Source: Amoeboaphelidium protococcarum X5 (taxonomy: Eukaryota > Fungi > Aphelidiomycota). From it: a stretch of 64,000 nt of DNA. Positions within the stretch are counted from its first letter, which is position 1. Each line of letters begins with the position of its first letter. Of this stretch, positions 40,012 through 52,456 are shown in pieces. Under the pieces are notes generated by a model. That model made no database searches. It was not told the origin of the DNA and saw only the letters and a list, made by a program, of their open reading frames with translations. The stretch covers positions 62,001-126,000 of the forward strand of contig JALDTO010000136.1 in the NCBI GenBank assembly GCA_023515725.1, read 5' to 3'. The translations under genes and the position numbers were made by a program.

Positions 40012-42542
40012 ATGTTTTTAAAGTTGAAGAACACTGTTAATAAAAGGTAAAAGAAGGAGGAGAAAGAGGTGTCAATTACAGGGCCGTTACATTTGTAGCC
40101 TCTGAGAGAGGGCGAGTTGGCTGAAATTGTGCGCGCCGCCCAAAGGCTGTAGATGTAGAGTGAGAATGCTTCATCCCATGAGGACTTGGCCTATTTGAGT
40201 GAGAAGGCACCGAGTACCGATATCAATGATCCTATACGAGAGTTGTCGCTATTAAATGATGAGCTGTACTCTCTTGATATTACTGCATATACGTCACTCA
40301 GACTATTACTTGAAACAAAGCTTGGCCGAGGAGCTCATGTTTCTGGCGCTGAGATGAAAAAGTTCAATCAAAGTGCTCAAGAGATTGCGGTTAAGTATTA
40401 GTAGTTTAATGAAATTATATCTGAGTGCTTAAAGAACAAGTTCAGGAGTAATGCTGTCGAATTGTCTCCAACAAGCACTATTGTCGCTGATCAAGATGGC
40501 AATGAGCCGAGTTACCAACCTACGAGCATATTGATGCAGTAATCATTATCTTCTGATTTGTCATCTGGTGTACAATCTGACGTTACTCAGGGCCATACCT
40601 TAGATTTGCCTACAGCACCAACTCTGGTGTAACAAAGTCCTTAGCCAGCATTTGATCAGGTTGAAGCTCTTCTTAAGGCCAAGAAGCTGTAGAAGGATAT
40701 GGTTCAGCTGATTAATCAAGTGCAGGATGCCATCTAGACTCATAGGTCCAAGATTAATCCGTAGGCTATAATCAACGCACAAACTGAAATTGGCAACACT
40801 CAAAAGTTCTTTGTCAGATCAAAGTATAAGGAGATGGTTAAAGGCTGTGGCCCTGCGAGAAGTGCTCACACTGGAATCATAGCCTGGGCTGGAACCAAGG
40901 ATCCTGGAGATTGTTGGATGAATGATCTTTTGCAAGCTTATCTCCGTCACTCGATACCGCGTCATTTCATGGAATCTATTCCAGTCAAGAGAATATTGAA
41001 AGCCAAGTAGACCGGACAGTAATCTAACGAAGGTAATATTGCCGAAATAGCGCTTCAGTTGGCTGAAGATACTTTCAAAGAGGAAGATATGCGTAAAAGA
41101 GTGGATCTCATTTAGACCAAAATGTACCTTCCTCAAACCTTGGATGTTATAGAATTGCAAGACCTGTTCTATTGGATGAATGAAGCTACTATGCGCCCAT
41201 TACCAACATCTCATACTGTAGCTAGTGCTAATCTGGTAGAAGACGCGATTCAGAAGATGGGAGGCTGGAACTTGTATGAAGTATTTTGTGTCAATTGGTT
41301 GAGATAATTTTATGTAGATCAAGGTAAGACCACTATTGCGTATCCTATTCCTGGTTGTCGCCCCATTACGCACGAGTCAGATTCTACGCATAATCAGTCA
41401 TTTGCCAGTACTCCATGCAATTTATCTCTGGCTGATCTGCTTGCTCCTGCTGCAGCTACGACTCAGGCACTAGCTGATTTTAATGTCAGTCCATATGAGA
41501 AAATCGCATCGAATTCTGACCAGAAGTATTGGAACTACATTTGGAAGTAGACATACAAAGAGCTATTAATGTTGCATAAGACTCTGTAAGAAGAAATGCT
41601 TCACGATGAGGCCGCGTTGAGAAGTTATATTGCCAACGTTAATGAATCTGGTATAATTTAAAATGGAAAGTACAACGATTACGGTATTGTGGATGAATTT
41701 CAGTACGATGATTCAATGTCGAAGCAGCAGAAGAAGATGCTACATCCTAAATTAATCTTGTTGCGAGAGAAGTCCATAGTGCTGAATATTTGTTCACGTC
41801 CAGAGTTTTACCAACTGATGGATAGAGTCGATAAGGAGCTCCGCTGTTAGAGTGGCCTCCTAGTAGGCGAAGATTGCGCGTAATGTGGTGTTGTGCCGTC
41901 CGTGCCATCAGAGTCTAGCGCGTAGTCAAGTCAAATTCTTACCACTGACAAGAGTGGTTCTGAGGGTCTAGATTTCAAGAAGGGCCACAAGAAAGCTGCC
42001 TCGACTGGCGTGTTTGAATCTGCAGGTAAACTCTTTGGCATCAAGAAGAAGTCTGATCAAGTATCGCCATCCCAAGACCAGGTGAAGAAGAATGGGACTT
42101 TACCATTTCCGTAACGCGGTCGCTCATCAGCTCTCAGTGGCGGCGGCCCTGAGGACTCTCCTGTCGGATCTCGTAAGAGCGCCCTTGCTAGAGTGCAGGT
42201 GAACGAAATGGGCTAGAACAAGCGCTCCATGTCAGCTCCAGCTACTCCAAATTTCAAGGATTCAGATCCTGACGTTATGGATTTCTCAGAACTCAAAATA
42301 TTGAGTGAGGAAATTCTGTAGTTTCCCGTGTTGCCCGATGTATCTCTTATGAAGGAGGTGCATCCGTTGTCTGAGAAAATTGTCAAGTACTACCTTACAG
42401 AGGAGCTACCTGCCAAGTATCAAAGCGTGTATTAAACGAACTACCATTTTCTTACTCGTGCTCTATTAATTTCGCTTACACTTTTTTTGTTCTTGCTTGT
42501 TATCGCTAACACAGATACGGTTACATAACGATAACAATATGA
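40012..42542 (+). CDS. Uncharacterised ~810-aa protein; 3' end uncertain (possible intron 42417-42514)
   Basis: Long TGA-free frame; gctaacacag resembles a branch point plus acceptor; no family recognised. Confidence 0.65.
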
Positions 42543-42683
42543 AACATCGTGCTCAATGGATGCACCGGATTGGACAGCGAGACTATTAATCCAATCGATG
42601 CACAGTAACACTTCACACTATCTGATCACCTTATTCTTTCATTTCGATTTTCTATTATCGACAAAGTAAAACAAAATAATAAT

Positions 42684-43592
42684 ATGGGTTTGATACATAG
42701 ACCAAGAAAATTGGACCGCCTCTGCGTAGTGCATGATCTGCGTTGTGTGATGGAAAATGATAATTTATTGCGCGATAACATGGATGTGATTTTAAGGACC
42801 CCGAGACGCGTCAACAGACATTTTACTCGTCCACGTCCACCTAGACAGTCGGTTAGTCGCACTCTTCCTATTGAGGGCATTGAAACATTGCACTTAAACG
42901 ATACTGAGGGTGATGAAAATGTCCAGGAAGAAGATACGGACTTTAGTGAATATCCTCGCTTTACCTTTGGTGAAATGTTGAATTTCGATAATCTGATTGA
43001 GACTTACGATTAGTAGCATTGCATGATTAACTAGGCTGTGTCCATTGGAGAGTATAGAGAGAGAATAGCACGAATGAGAGCTGATCATTCTTAGCCTGAC
43101 GCGGATGAGCTTCGTCAAAGATCTGACTTTGAGTCGATATTATCATCAATCATTTTTAGGCTTAATCCTGAAGTTTTGAATGGCTTGATTAACTCTGTTA
43201 AAAAGTCTTGCCGTGTTGGTGATATCATAGATGTGTGTGGATATCGCGGAAACGGTTACTATTACGTGGCCAATGTAGATCCTGACAATAACGTTGTGGA
43301 GGCTTATAAAACTTTGGGTGATTACGGATGCCACTTACCTCATTAGGCCTGGGATATAATTGAGAGATATGGCGAAAACTACTTCCAATCAGCTGACGTA
43401 TGGGCTTGTTTCCTACCCGTTGACACTCGTATAATGATGCACAACGCTGCCGGTATATAAGAAGAGTATTCAATCCACAGCGAAAATAGCGTAATGTTCT
43501 CCTGGTTGCATTAAAAAGAACAAGTCGTTATCAATGGTCGCACATATCGCGGTAAAATTGGTCTCTCCACTAACTCTGTCTCCAGATTATGA
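42684..43592 (+). CDS. Uncharacterised 302-aa protein with GDIID-x-GYRGNG...DYG motif
   Basis: Open frame in table 6 from the track ORF start to TGA at 43590. Confidence 0.7.
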
Positions 43593-43926
43593 TAACTGTC
43601 CTTTTCGCATTTCCACATGGTGTTCACCGTCATTCAGTTGGATCAATCAAAGGATGAAAACATTAATTGCTTTATTCAGTGATGAAATACATTTCATATT
43701 CTAAATATATAAAACCAATTTGAATTCTTCATTTAGCTGTCCTTTTGAAACATCTAATCAATAATTCAGGGGTCAAAGGTGAAAATCGCGTCATGAAATT
43801 TGAATTCCGACCGTTTGGTTCGAGGGCAATTTAATGACTAACCAAGTCGGCTCTCGAACAAATACTAATTGTTTTTCTTTCAAAATGTGAAATTTCCTAT
43901 CTTTGCCTTGAAACAGAATTTATACA

Positions 43927-45781
43927 ATGCCTGCTACAAATAATTGTCCATCTAATCCGGCTCCTTAATGGGAAGATATCAAGAAGAATGATACCATAAT
44001 ATACATCATACATGGTAAGCTGTTGCGATTGTGAATTAAAACTGAATGGTTCAATTTTGAATTTTTTTGTAGGAATGGGATAGCGATAACACAAATACTT
44101 TACAAATATTGGTATCCTGAAGAGTAATGCTAATGAGATTCTGACAGCGATAAATTACGAGCATAAGTTGGATAATGCTAGCCAGAACCTGTTGATTGAT
44201 AACAAGATTCACTTTGTACCTATTGAGTGGCATCAGAAGATGCACGATTTGGACACTGTTGATATGCGGATGCGATTGATCACTTTGCCAACTGTTCCGC
44301 TGATGCGCATCATAAATAATGATTATTTGGGCGATATTGTGTACTTTACTACAAAGACTCATGGCAAAGCAATTTATGAATTTTGTGTTGATTAGATCAA
44401 TCAGCACTATCAGACTCTTCTATAAAAGATCCCAGACTTTAGTGGAAAGATTATACTGCTGGGACATTCTCTCGGTGGAATTATAGGCTATGATATTCTG
44501 TGTCGCTAGTATTAATTTTTTGATTAGGATAATGAAGATGTCGATAGTTGTGCTAATAAAGATGGACTTGAAAGTATGTACAATCCTCAGTTGGATCAAT
44601 AACTTTGTGTTAAACCATCGGCATTTATTACACTTGGTTGCCCACTAGCTGCAATGTTAATCATGAGGACTCAGTATCCTTCCACCTATGGACTTCCTGA
44701 TGGGATTGAATTTAACAATATCTTTCATCCATATGATCCGCTTGCTTATAGATTTGAGCCGTTAGTAGACTCCCGTTTTGCTGATATTGAACCTGTCCTT
44801 GTCGATCATTTTAACAGTCGCAAGTTTTAGTTGTATCTGAAAGGACAGTATAATGATTTGGTAGTGCCACTACTGCCCGATTTCAGCCAGGTAAGACTGC
44901 CAGTGTTGAGCATACCAAGGCTGGGAGAGATTATTGCTAATAGTGCTCTGCGATCAACAATGAATGGCGATGTGTTTAATTCTGCCAAAGAACTCATGTA
45001 CACCATGTTTGGATACATGCACTGGCTGGGTGGACTGAGTATATCCGACGCGTTCTAAACACCTAATGCAGAGCTGGACTTGGCTGATGCTTTGATGACT
45101 CGCGAGGGCTCATCCCTTCAGACAGATAGAACTAAGCGGGTTAGGATAGTACATAATGATTAGACTAATGGTCACCGCCGTCATTAATACTCCACCAGAT
45201 CAAGTAAGCGATTAAGACGTTCATCGTCGTCTGTTGAACTGGAATAATAACAAGAGTCTATTTAGAATCGGCTAAGAGGAGATTCAATCACTGAAGTTTA
45301 ACCATCTGCTAAACCTTCTGCTAGCCACCCTCTTACGGACGGGGAAGTGCTTGCGGAAGAATAAAAGTGGGAATCCGAGTTGGAGTCTGAATATGAGCAT
45401 AATATGCACAGAGGACGTGGATAATAGTTATTGGACACCACCACTAATGTCGCGTAGTAATTTGCACAGAGTATTCTCAATGTCATGAGGCAGAGTGCTC
45501 GCGATAATGTTGAAGTTGAGGATTCCACAGTTGCATCTCTGCACGCCCAGGATCTTCAAGATGAAACCTAGCTTGTAGAGCCTAGCTATACAGATAAACA
45601 AGAAACAGGCTAAAAGTTTCCAGAAGTCCCGGACATTAAAAGGACTGATTACGTTCTGAGAATTAATCTGTTAGAGAATGTGTCTCATGAATACATTGCT
45701 GGTCTACCTGCTCACTTCTCTTACTGGAGTAACAAGGATGTCGCATTTCACATTATCAATAGATTCCACAGAAATCAGTGA
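43927..45781 (+). CDS. DDHD-domain phospholipase A1 (Ddl1-like), intron 44015-44072; start uncertain (43927 or 43988)
   Basis: IIHG|MGQ across the intron, FVPIEWH, GHSLGG, NIFHPYDPLAYRFEPL, RTDY, HFSYW. Confidence 0.88.
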
Positions 45782-45888
45782 TATATATAAATATACTATA
45801 AAAATTGTTAATCTTTATTCTGTATTTGATCACATATTTTGTCTTTACATTCATTCATTCATTCATTCATATGTAGTAATCACTCCCA

Positions 45889-48684
45889 TCACTATTATTC
45901 TTCTGCGAGCATTAGATCAGCTAATCTGCTGTAAGACTTATCCTATAGTAAAACATTCATCTTCTGACCACACTTTTCCACTTCATTCTCACAATCTTGA
46001 TACCTTAAGAGATTGGCACACAGATAGCCAAAGTATTATCTCAGAAAATCGACTGCTCCAGTAGATTCAGAGACTTTGACATCGTCTATGGAGATATAGG
46101 AGGAGGTCTTCCGCTTCAAAGAGATACGATGAGATTTCTCTGTTAATGGAGTTCTATCAGACTTTCTATGAGGAGAAGAAGAAGAAGAAGCTGATCCATT
46201 TCCATTATCACTACCAGACTTCCCCTACTATCCTTGTGATGGGGACTGCTGAGATTAGATCTTAGCGAAATTTTTATATCCGCATGACTGATGATCAAAG
46301 AACTTTCTACCATGATTGTAGATATCCGAGAATGCACTGAAAGGGACGTACTTTGACCTGCCTTTCATTTTCAGATTGACAATCATTCTCAACTACAGCA
46401 CTGCAGGCAGCAGATATGGAATGTACGGAGGTGTGGCCTTCATCAACTCTGCCTGATACGCGTCAAACTACTTATAACTGCCAGCAATGTCCATATCAAA
46501 AAATTAAACCAGATCCTGCAGTTGATCAAATGTTGACTTTTTAATACACCTAAGAGTACTATGAAGTTGGAACACGTTAGAGTTGACAATGCCCACCAGA
46601 ATGCTTGAGGCTGTGGCATAATTGCAAAGTTGCTTACAGCAAGAGGCCACCTTCACAAGACTTGATATTCTCTGAGCTCGAATTAGAGCATTTTCTCCGG
46701 CATACACAATTGTAGAAGTCCAAAAGCTTAGCATAGATTACCATTAGCAGTATTTATACTAGAGATTTAACGGATGTCCTGATATAGTACGAAAGTTAGA
46801 CTCAAACTGTGCTATTTACTCATCCTTCTAAACGAACAACACTGATAGATAAGAAAATGTGTTCAAGTGAACAAGTTTCCACTACTCTTCCTCTAGCAGT
46901 GTCAGATACTCGGCAAACTGCAGAGGATCATATCTCTCCAGAACATTGTGATAGTTCCACTGATGCCTGAACAACTGCAGCTCACTAGTGGACGATATCG
47001 TGTCTTTGATCGGCATTTCAATACATTTCACATACTCGGCAAGTATCCTCTACTACAAAGCATTGGCGGATGTAAGCTCAAGTTATCTATTTCTTAGAGC
47101 CTCCTTCACTATAAGAGCTTCTGAATAGAACGCGTCAGAATCATTAGCAGTGCCAGATTCCAAGTTTTGGGTAAAGTCATTCACTCTCTACAAAAGTGTC
47201 GGATCCTCTGCGAATTCATACCAGTTACTTTAAATCCATTTCAATAGGAAGCGTATAGCATTAGCTCGTACCTCTGGAATATGTTTCTCGAAATATTGGG
47301 CTCTCTGCTTCTATTACTGCTCCTATAATCTCTTTTGCTCGCGCTCATTCAGCACAGATTCTTGCTTTCTAGTATTATTACCATTACTTTGCTGTTGGTC
47401 ATCAAGTACCTGCTGCTTATTGTCTCCCTTGCTAATAGACATCCTCGGACCAGAGTTGCCAGCGTTACCAGATATGGACATTCGACTAGAAGGACTATTA
47501 GCAGATCTTGGTTGGGATTTCAACGTCATGTCTTGAACTGATGGCGCAGGTACTACTCTAAAGTAAGCAATAACATAATCTAGAAGCTTATGAGGAGTCA
47601 TGAAAAATCGATATACCTTGAGGAATACTTCCAGAGTAACTTTATCTTCGCGTCGAGGATTGAGCAAGTGGTTCATCAAATCACTTTCACTGGCGGTAAA
47701 GATTTACTTTACAGATTTATCAGCGTTAAGCTCCATCTGAACAGTTGATGGCGGATGTGCATCAGTTGGAGCTTTTAGCTGAAAGCTATCCGGAACTTTA
47801 TGCTGATTGTTTATAGACGATGATGCATTTTACAATTCAGGCTTATTATCTTCATGGTTCATCGCCACTTTACCAGATTTTATGATAAATTCGCGTATTG
47901 CAAGAGCCATTTCATAACCTTCATGAGATTAAGAGTTGTATCTAGCTAGATTGAAAAGCTAATAAAACCCGGGCTAATACGTAGGAGATATATGCTTCAA
48001 CTACATTGCAGTCTCCAAAATCCAAAGCTCTTACTCATCGGCGTACTAAATGCTATCCAGATCTTCATCAGTAGACATCCTTTGTAGAGCAGTCAGGGCG
48101 TAACTAGAATTATTTATTTTACGAAGAGCTGCGGCAAATGAACTTCCACTTGATGATTTTTGGGACAATGTAGATTTCAATGATGATCGATGTGATTAAG
48201 CTTTACTCAGACTGCTGCTTGGACGCGCAGAGGATGCCTTTTACGCTGGTACGATTTCATTAGATTATTAGGCCGCACTAGAAGTTGGTTATACATGAAC
48301 ATTAACGGGCTTAATCTGCTACTATAATTCCAGTGTCGGAGTTAAATCAATAGGGCTTACAGCGGTGACTGCAGAGACGGGAGATTAAACTAGTTGTGGA
48401 ATGGAGTCCTGATCAGATCTAGAATCAATCGCATTATTATCTTAAGTTGCAGAGTCTGGAGATTGAGAAGATTAATTCTAACTCGATTCGGTTGGCCTTC
48501 CCACTGCAATGCTCAATGAAAAAACATCTGGAATAACAACGTTTTGATTATCACCTTCTTTCTACAGCTTCCCTAAGCCATTGCATTTGGGACACTCTTC
48601 GCACCATAAACAGTTCTCATTTTCATGCGCAAATGCGTCCGCCGTATGAAACTGACCGTGGCCTTTACAGTCCTAGCAGTCCAT
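45889..48684 (-). CDS. Ras guanine-nucleotide exchange factor (REM plus CDC25 domains) with N-terminal Cys-rich finger, 931 aa
   Basis: VFLKVYRFFMTPHKLL, FLLKWIQSNWYEF, LSFWTSTIV, LCNY, PPYIPYL; N-terminal CQDCKGHG...CPKCNGLG. Confidence 0.85.
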
Positions 48685-48938
48685 TAAAATATCTTTAAAA
48701 AATTTTTATGATGCTCAAATGACACTGCTTTTTATTAAAAATTAGTTCAAACAGTTGAATCTCTATAGAAAGCTGGTTGCTACGAGTACAAGGCACTTAA
48801 CAACGAACTTAAATAAGTTTTAATGTCTCCGCATCCATTGTTGTCAAGACGCAGTTTGAACTTTCAAACGTAAAATCAAGAGTCTTTAAACACATTATAT
48901 CATTATTCACATTAAAGCATGCCGTAAAGCATCATTAT

Positions 48939-50681
48939 TCATTGAGATCCGGCGATAGAGACGTGAATTTCTCCATATGGAGCGTACTGATCCAAATCAA
49001 ACTCTCCACGCGTTTTAATCATCAGAAGGTTGTAGAACACTTCAGCCACGACTTCACGAGCAGGATTGACGGGGAGAAAGTCAGTCAGACGCACATTGTC
49101 AGAGTTTTGAATAATGTCATACGCATAAGCACGGAATCTTAGGGCTCCTTCGTCAAGCGAACTCTGCTACCCATTGCTAAAGGACTGAGCGTAAGAGACG
49201 TCGAACGACATTGGCCCACTAGCCAAATTCAGCAAAGTACTTCCACCAGAAGAGTATTTGGACTGATTAGACGCTACCGAATTCTTCTTACTTCCTAATT
49301 GCTTTTGCTACAGCGCGTCACTATATCCGGTAAATGTCGACACCGGGATAGAACTGATATCGGTGATTTCATGACGGCGGACTTCATTGCCCGATTGAAT
49401 AGAGCCATAAGAATCAGCCCCCACCGAATACCAAGGCACGCGGCTTTACTCATGTACAACGCTACTACCTTGACGTCCTGCATTGCGCGCATTTTCAACT
49501 TCTTCTGAATGAAGAGGTACATTATAGTCAATTTAAAAATCCGACTGACGTTTGTGAGACTCGTGGTATTTCATCTGATCCATATTAATGTTAGGGAGTC
49601 TAGATGAGACATTAAACTCAGCCAATTCCTCCACAGGTAAGTCAGAACGTAATGTGGTTAGACACTTGATCAGGCGGTTTGCGGTAAATCCTTAACGTGC
49701 AACATGAAAATCGCCTATATTGAGTTCAATGTGCTTGTCCAGTCCGATAATCTTCTTCCTGACAACTTTAGCCTTCTTAACTTTTAGTTCATGTCCAGGT
49801 TCGGCGTGTAACTATTCAACTGGAAAAGCAGCAGGCGAACGTTTAGTGGCAGAGGACACTTTGGAAGCACTTTCAAGGACAGAGTTTTTAAAACTCTCAA
49901 TCATGTAATTATCAAAGTTAGACACTGAAGGCTGATCATCATTCGAAAGGCGACCAAACGTGGCACTCTGAGCAATGGATCCAACGTCAAGCTGAAACTT
50001 GTCCAAGAAGTTGTCAGAATATACAGAGTAATTACCGGCACCAACACCGCTAATCATCGCAATTGAATGAGGCAGAGACATGGTAGACAGTTCATCTTCC
50101 TTCAGCAATGTTGAATCTCTGTCAGAAGAGTATGCACCCACAGATTTAGGCTTTGCGAAACGTGCCATCTCAACTTCAGTAGCCGCAGCATCGCCTGCCA
50201 CTTAAGTAAACTAAACCAGCTAGTCATGACGCTTGAGCCAACCAAATCCTTCCAAATTATCATTTCCATTTGCGGATATTAAACCAATGGGAGCAACTTG
50301 GTCAGTGTTGACATTGTGAAACGTTGTTTGAGGAATCGAAACGCCGCCGTGTGTGATCGCATCAAACTTGGCTTGAGGCACCACCAACGTCTGGACAATA
50401 TCCACATTGTAAAAGGTCTTACGCATAGTCTGCAAAGTAGTCTGGACATCGTTTTGGAAGTATTGCACCTGTAATTGATATACACGAGATAAACCGTACA
50501 TCAAGGTGCCAGAGAGACGCAATGCCAGAGGTTCAGGAGGGTGACTTACATAGGAACACGCGTCCTTGAGATCAACATGAACATAGTCCTTCTTCTTGGA
50601 ACGAGAATTACATGCAGCAAGCCATATTAAACCAATATTGTGACCAGTATTCTTTCCCAAGAAGTCGACAGAGTAGAACAT
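48939..50681 (-). CDS. Rad21/Rec8 kleisin, likely the meiotic Rec8 type, 580 aa
   Basis: MFYS...IWLAA...LALRLSGTLMYGLSRVY; C-terminal winged helix AEVFYNLL...QYAPYGEI. Confidence 0.88.
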
Positions 50682-50931
50682 TTTGATGTGATGTGATTAT
50701 CCAAGCTGGACTTGTTAGCATACTTTGGAAATCAAGATCAGCCAATGTAGGAGTTTCTAATCATATGGGATCTGTTTCAAATCATTTTTATAGCCAAAAC
50801 AGGAAACTGTTCGTAATGAAACGCAATACGCGAAGAGGCCAATTTTGTCAATCTCATCATCTTTCTCGTCCATCGGCAAAGCGTCATCATTCGCTGTCAC
50901 ATTAAGAAGCGCATCTAACGGTTATCAAAGT

Positions 50932-52275
50932 ATGGCAAAAGTGTAATTATATGTGTATGATCTTTCTATGGGATTGGCTAGATAAATGAGTATGGCTTAT
51001 ATGGGAACTTAAGTAGACGCAATCTATCATACTAGTGTGGTCGTGTTCAATACCGAGTGGTGGTTCGGCGGTGGTATCAGTAATAGTCGGCCTTACTCAT
51101 CGCCGCATGGAAGGCCTATAGAGGTTGTGGATATGGGCGTAACGCATATAGACGCTGATACATTCACAGATTATCTGAACGAATTGCGTAACGTGTGGAC
51201 AGCCGACAAGTATCATCTCCTCAATAACAATTGTAACAACTTCACAGATACGGTGTGTCAGTTTCTAGTAGGAAAAGGTATACCATCGCGGATAACTTCG
51301 TTACCATCAACCTTTATGAATAGTCCGCTTGGAAGATAGTTGACGCCTATGATTAATCAGATGTTTGGGCAAGGTTATTAGTAGAATTCAGCAGAGGAGA
51401 TGTCTGTCGAAACTGTCGATGTCCTGACTAAATAAGCTGTCAAAATCAACTCCGCGTAATAGAACAAGCAACTTATTGTGTTCTCCGAAGGTAATGCTTA
51501 GGCTATCGGCGACAAGGTAAAGAGTGGATTGACATAATCTCTGGTAAGTATTGCTGTTGTTGATAAACTCGTGCTGGCTATTAAAGGAGGATCGATCATA
51601 AAAGTTGAAGCTAGTCAATTTTTGCAATTGCTCTAATCATGTAAACCAGAGGTAAAGTTTGCTCTGTATGATCTACTGAGACTATACATAGCGAAGTCAG
51701 GATCCACTCACATTGATCTTACACCAGTGCTAGAACTGGCTATCAAGGAGGTATCTTGTGAGTAGTTGACCACCTTGGCTATGATTTTGAGACTTTGTGC
51801 CAATGTAGTCGCGTCAAATCACAATAAGTAGAGCGTTTAAACTGCAATTACAAGAATTGTAACACAGTCTTTATAAGGACTGTAAAACAACTTTGGATCA
51901 TTGAGGCTATCTGAAGCTTTAACGGCGGCCTTGTTCAATCTCTGTCACACCGATCCGTCCAATGATGAAGATCTAACAATGGAGCTCATTACTGCTTGTA
52001 TCCACAGTCTGAACACGTTGGTGCTAGTGGATTTCAAGACGCGCTCATTAAATGATCTACACATATCAACAGTAAACTACATCCGTATGATTGAAGGGTT
52101 GGAGAATTATTATCGCTATCTATCACCTCAAGTAAAAGAGCTTGGCGGCGTGTTGGCGGCTGAGCTGTTTTAAAACTGGCATCTGGACAATATTGATGTC
52201 AGGGATGGAGACATCAGGACCCTCCAATTAAGAATCGAAGACTTGTATAACACTTTAACCGTGATTAAAAAGTGA
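50932..52275 (+). CDS. PPPDE/DeSI peptidase with helical (PUL-like) C-terminus, 447 aa
   Basis: V-Q(TAA)-LYVYDLS, IYHTSVV, YHLLNNNCNNF. Confidence 0.9.
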
Positions 52276-52456
52276 AATTTGTTCTGAAATTGAATTTTAT
52301 AGTTTCACTTCCGAAATAGCAATCGAGATGAAAGTTTCTGATTGGTTTGGCTGAATCAGCGCTTTTCGCCTTGGCTACAGCTTAAATCCCTCAGAGCTCT
52401 TCTGTCTGTCTTGTGTGATATTTAATTTCCACCTTTCATGATAAAAGACTGCAGAA

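Noticed and set aside
43405-43455. CFLPVDTRIMMHN, similar to a Hint/intein N-terminus
   Set aside because: Only ~60 codons remain before the stop and other Hint blocks are missing.
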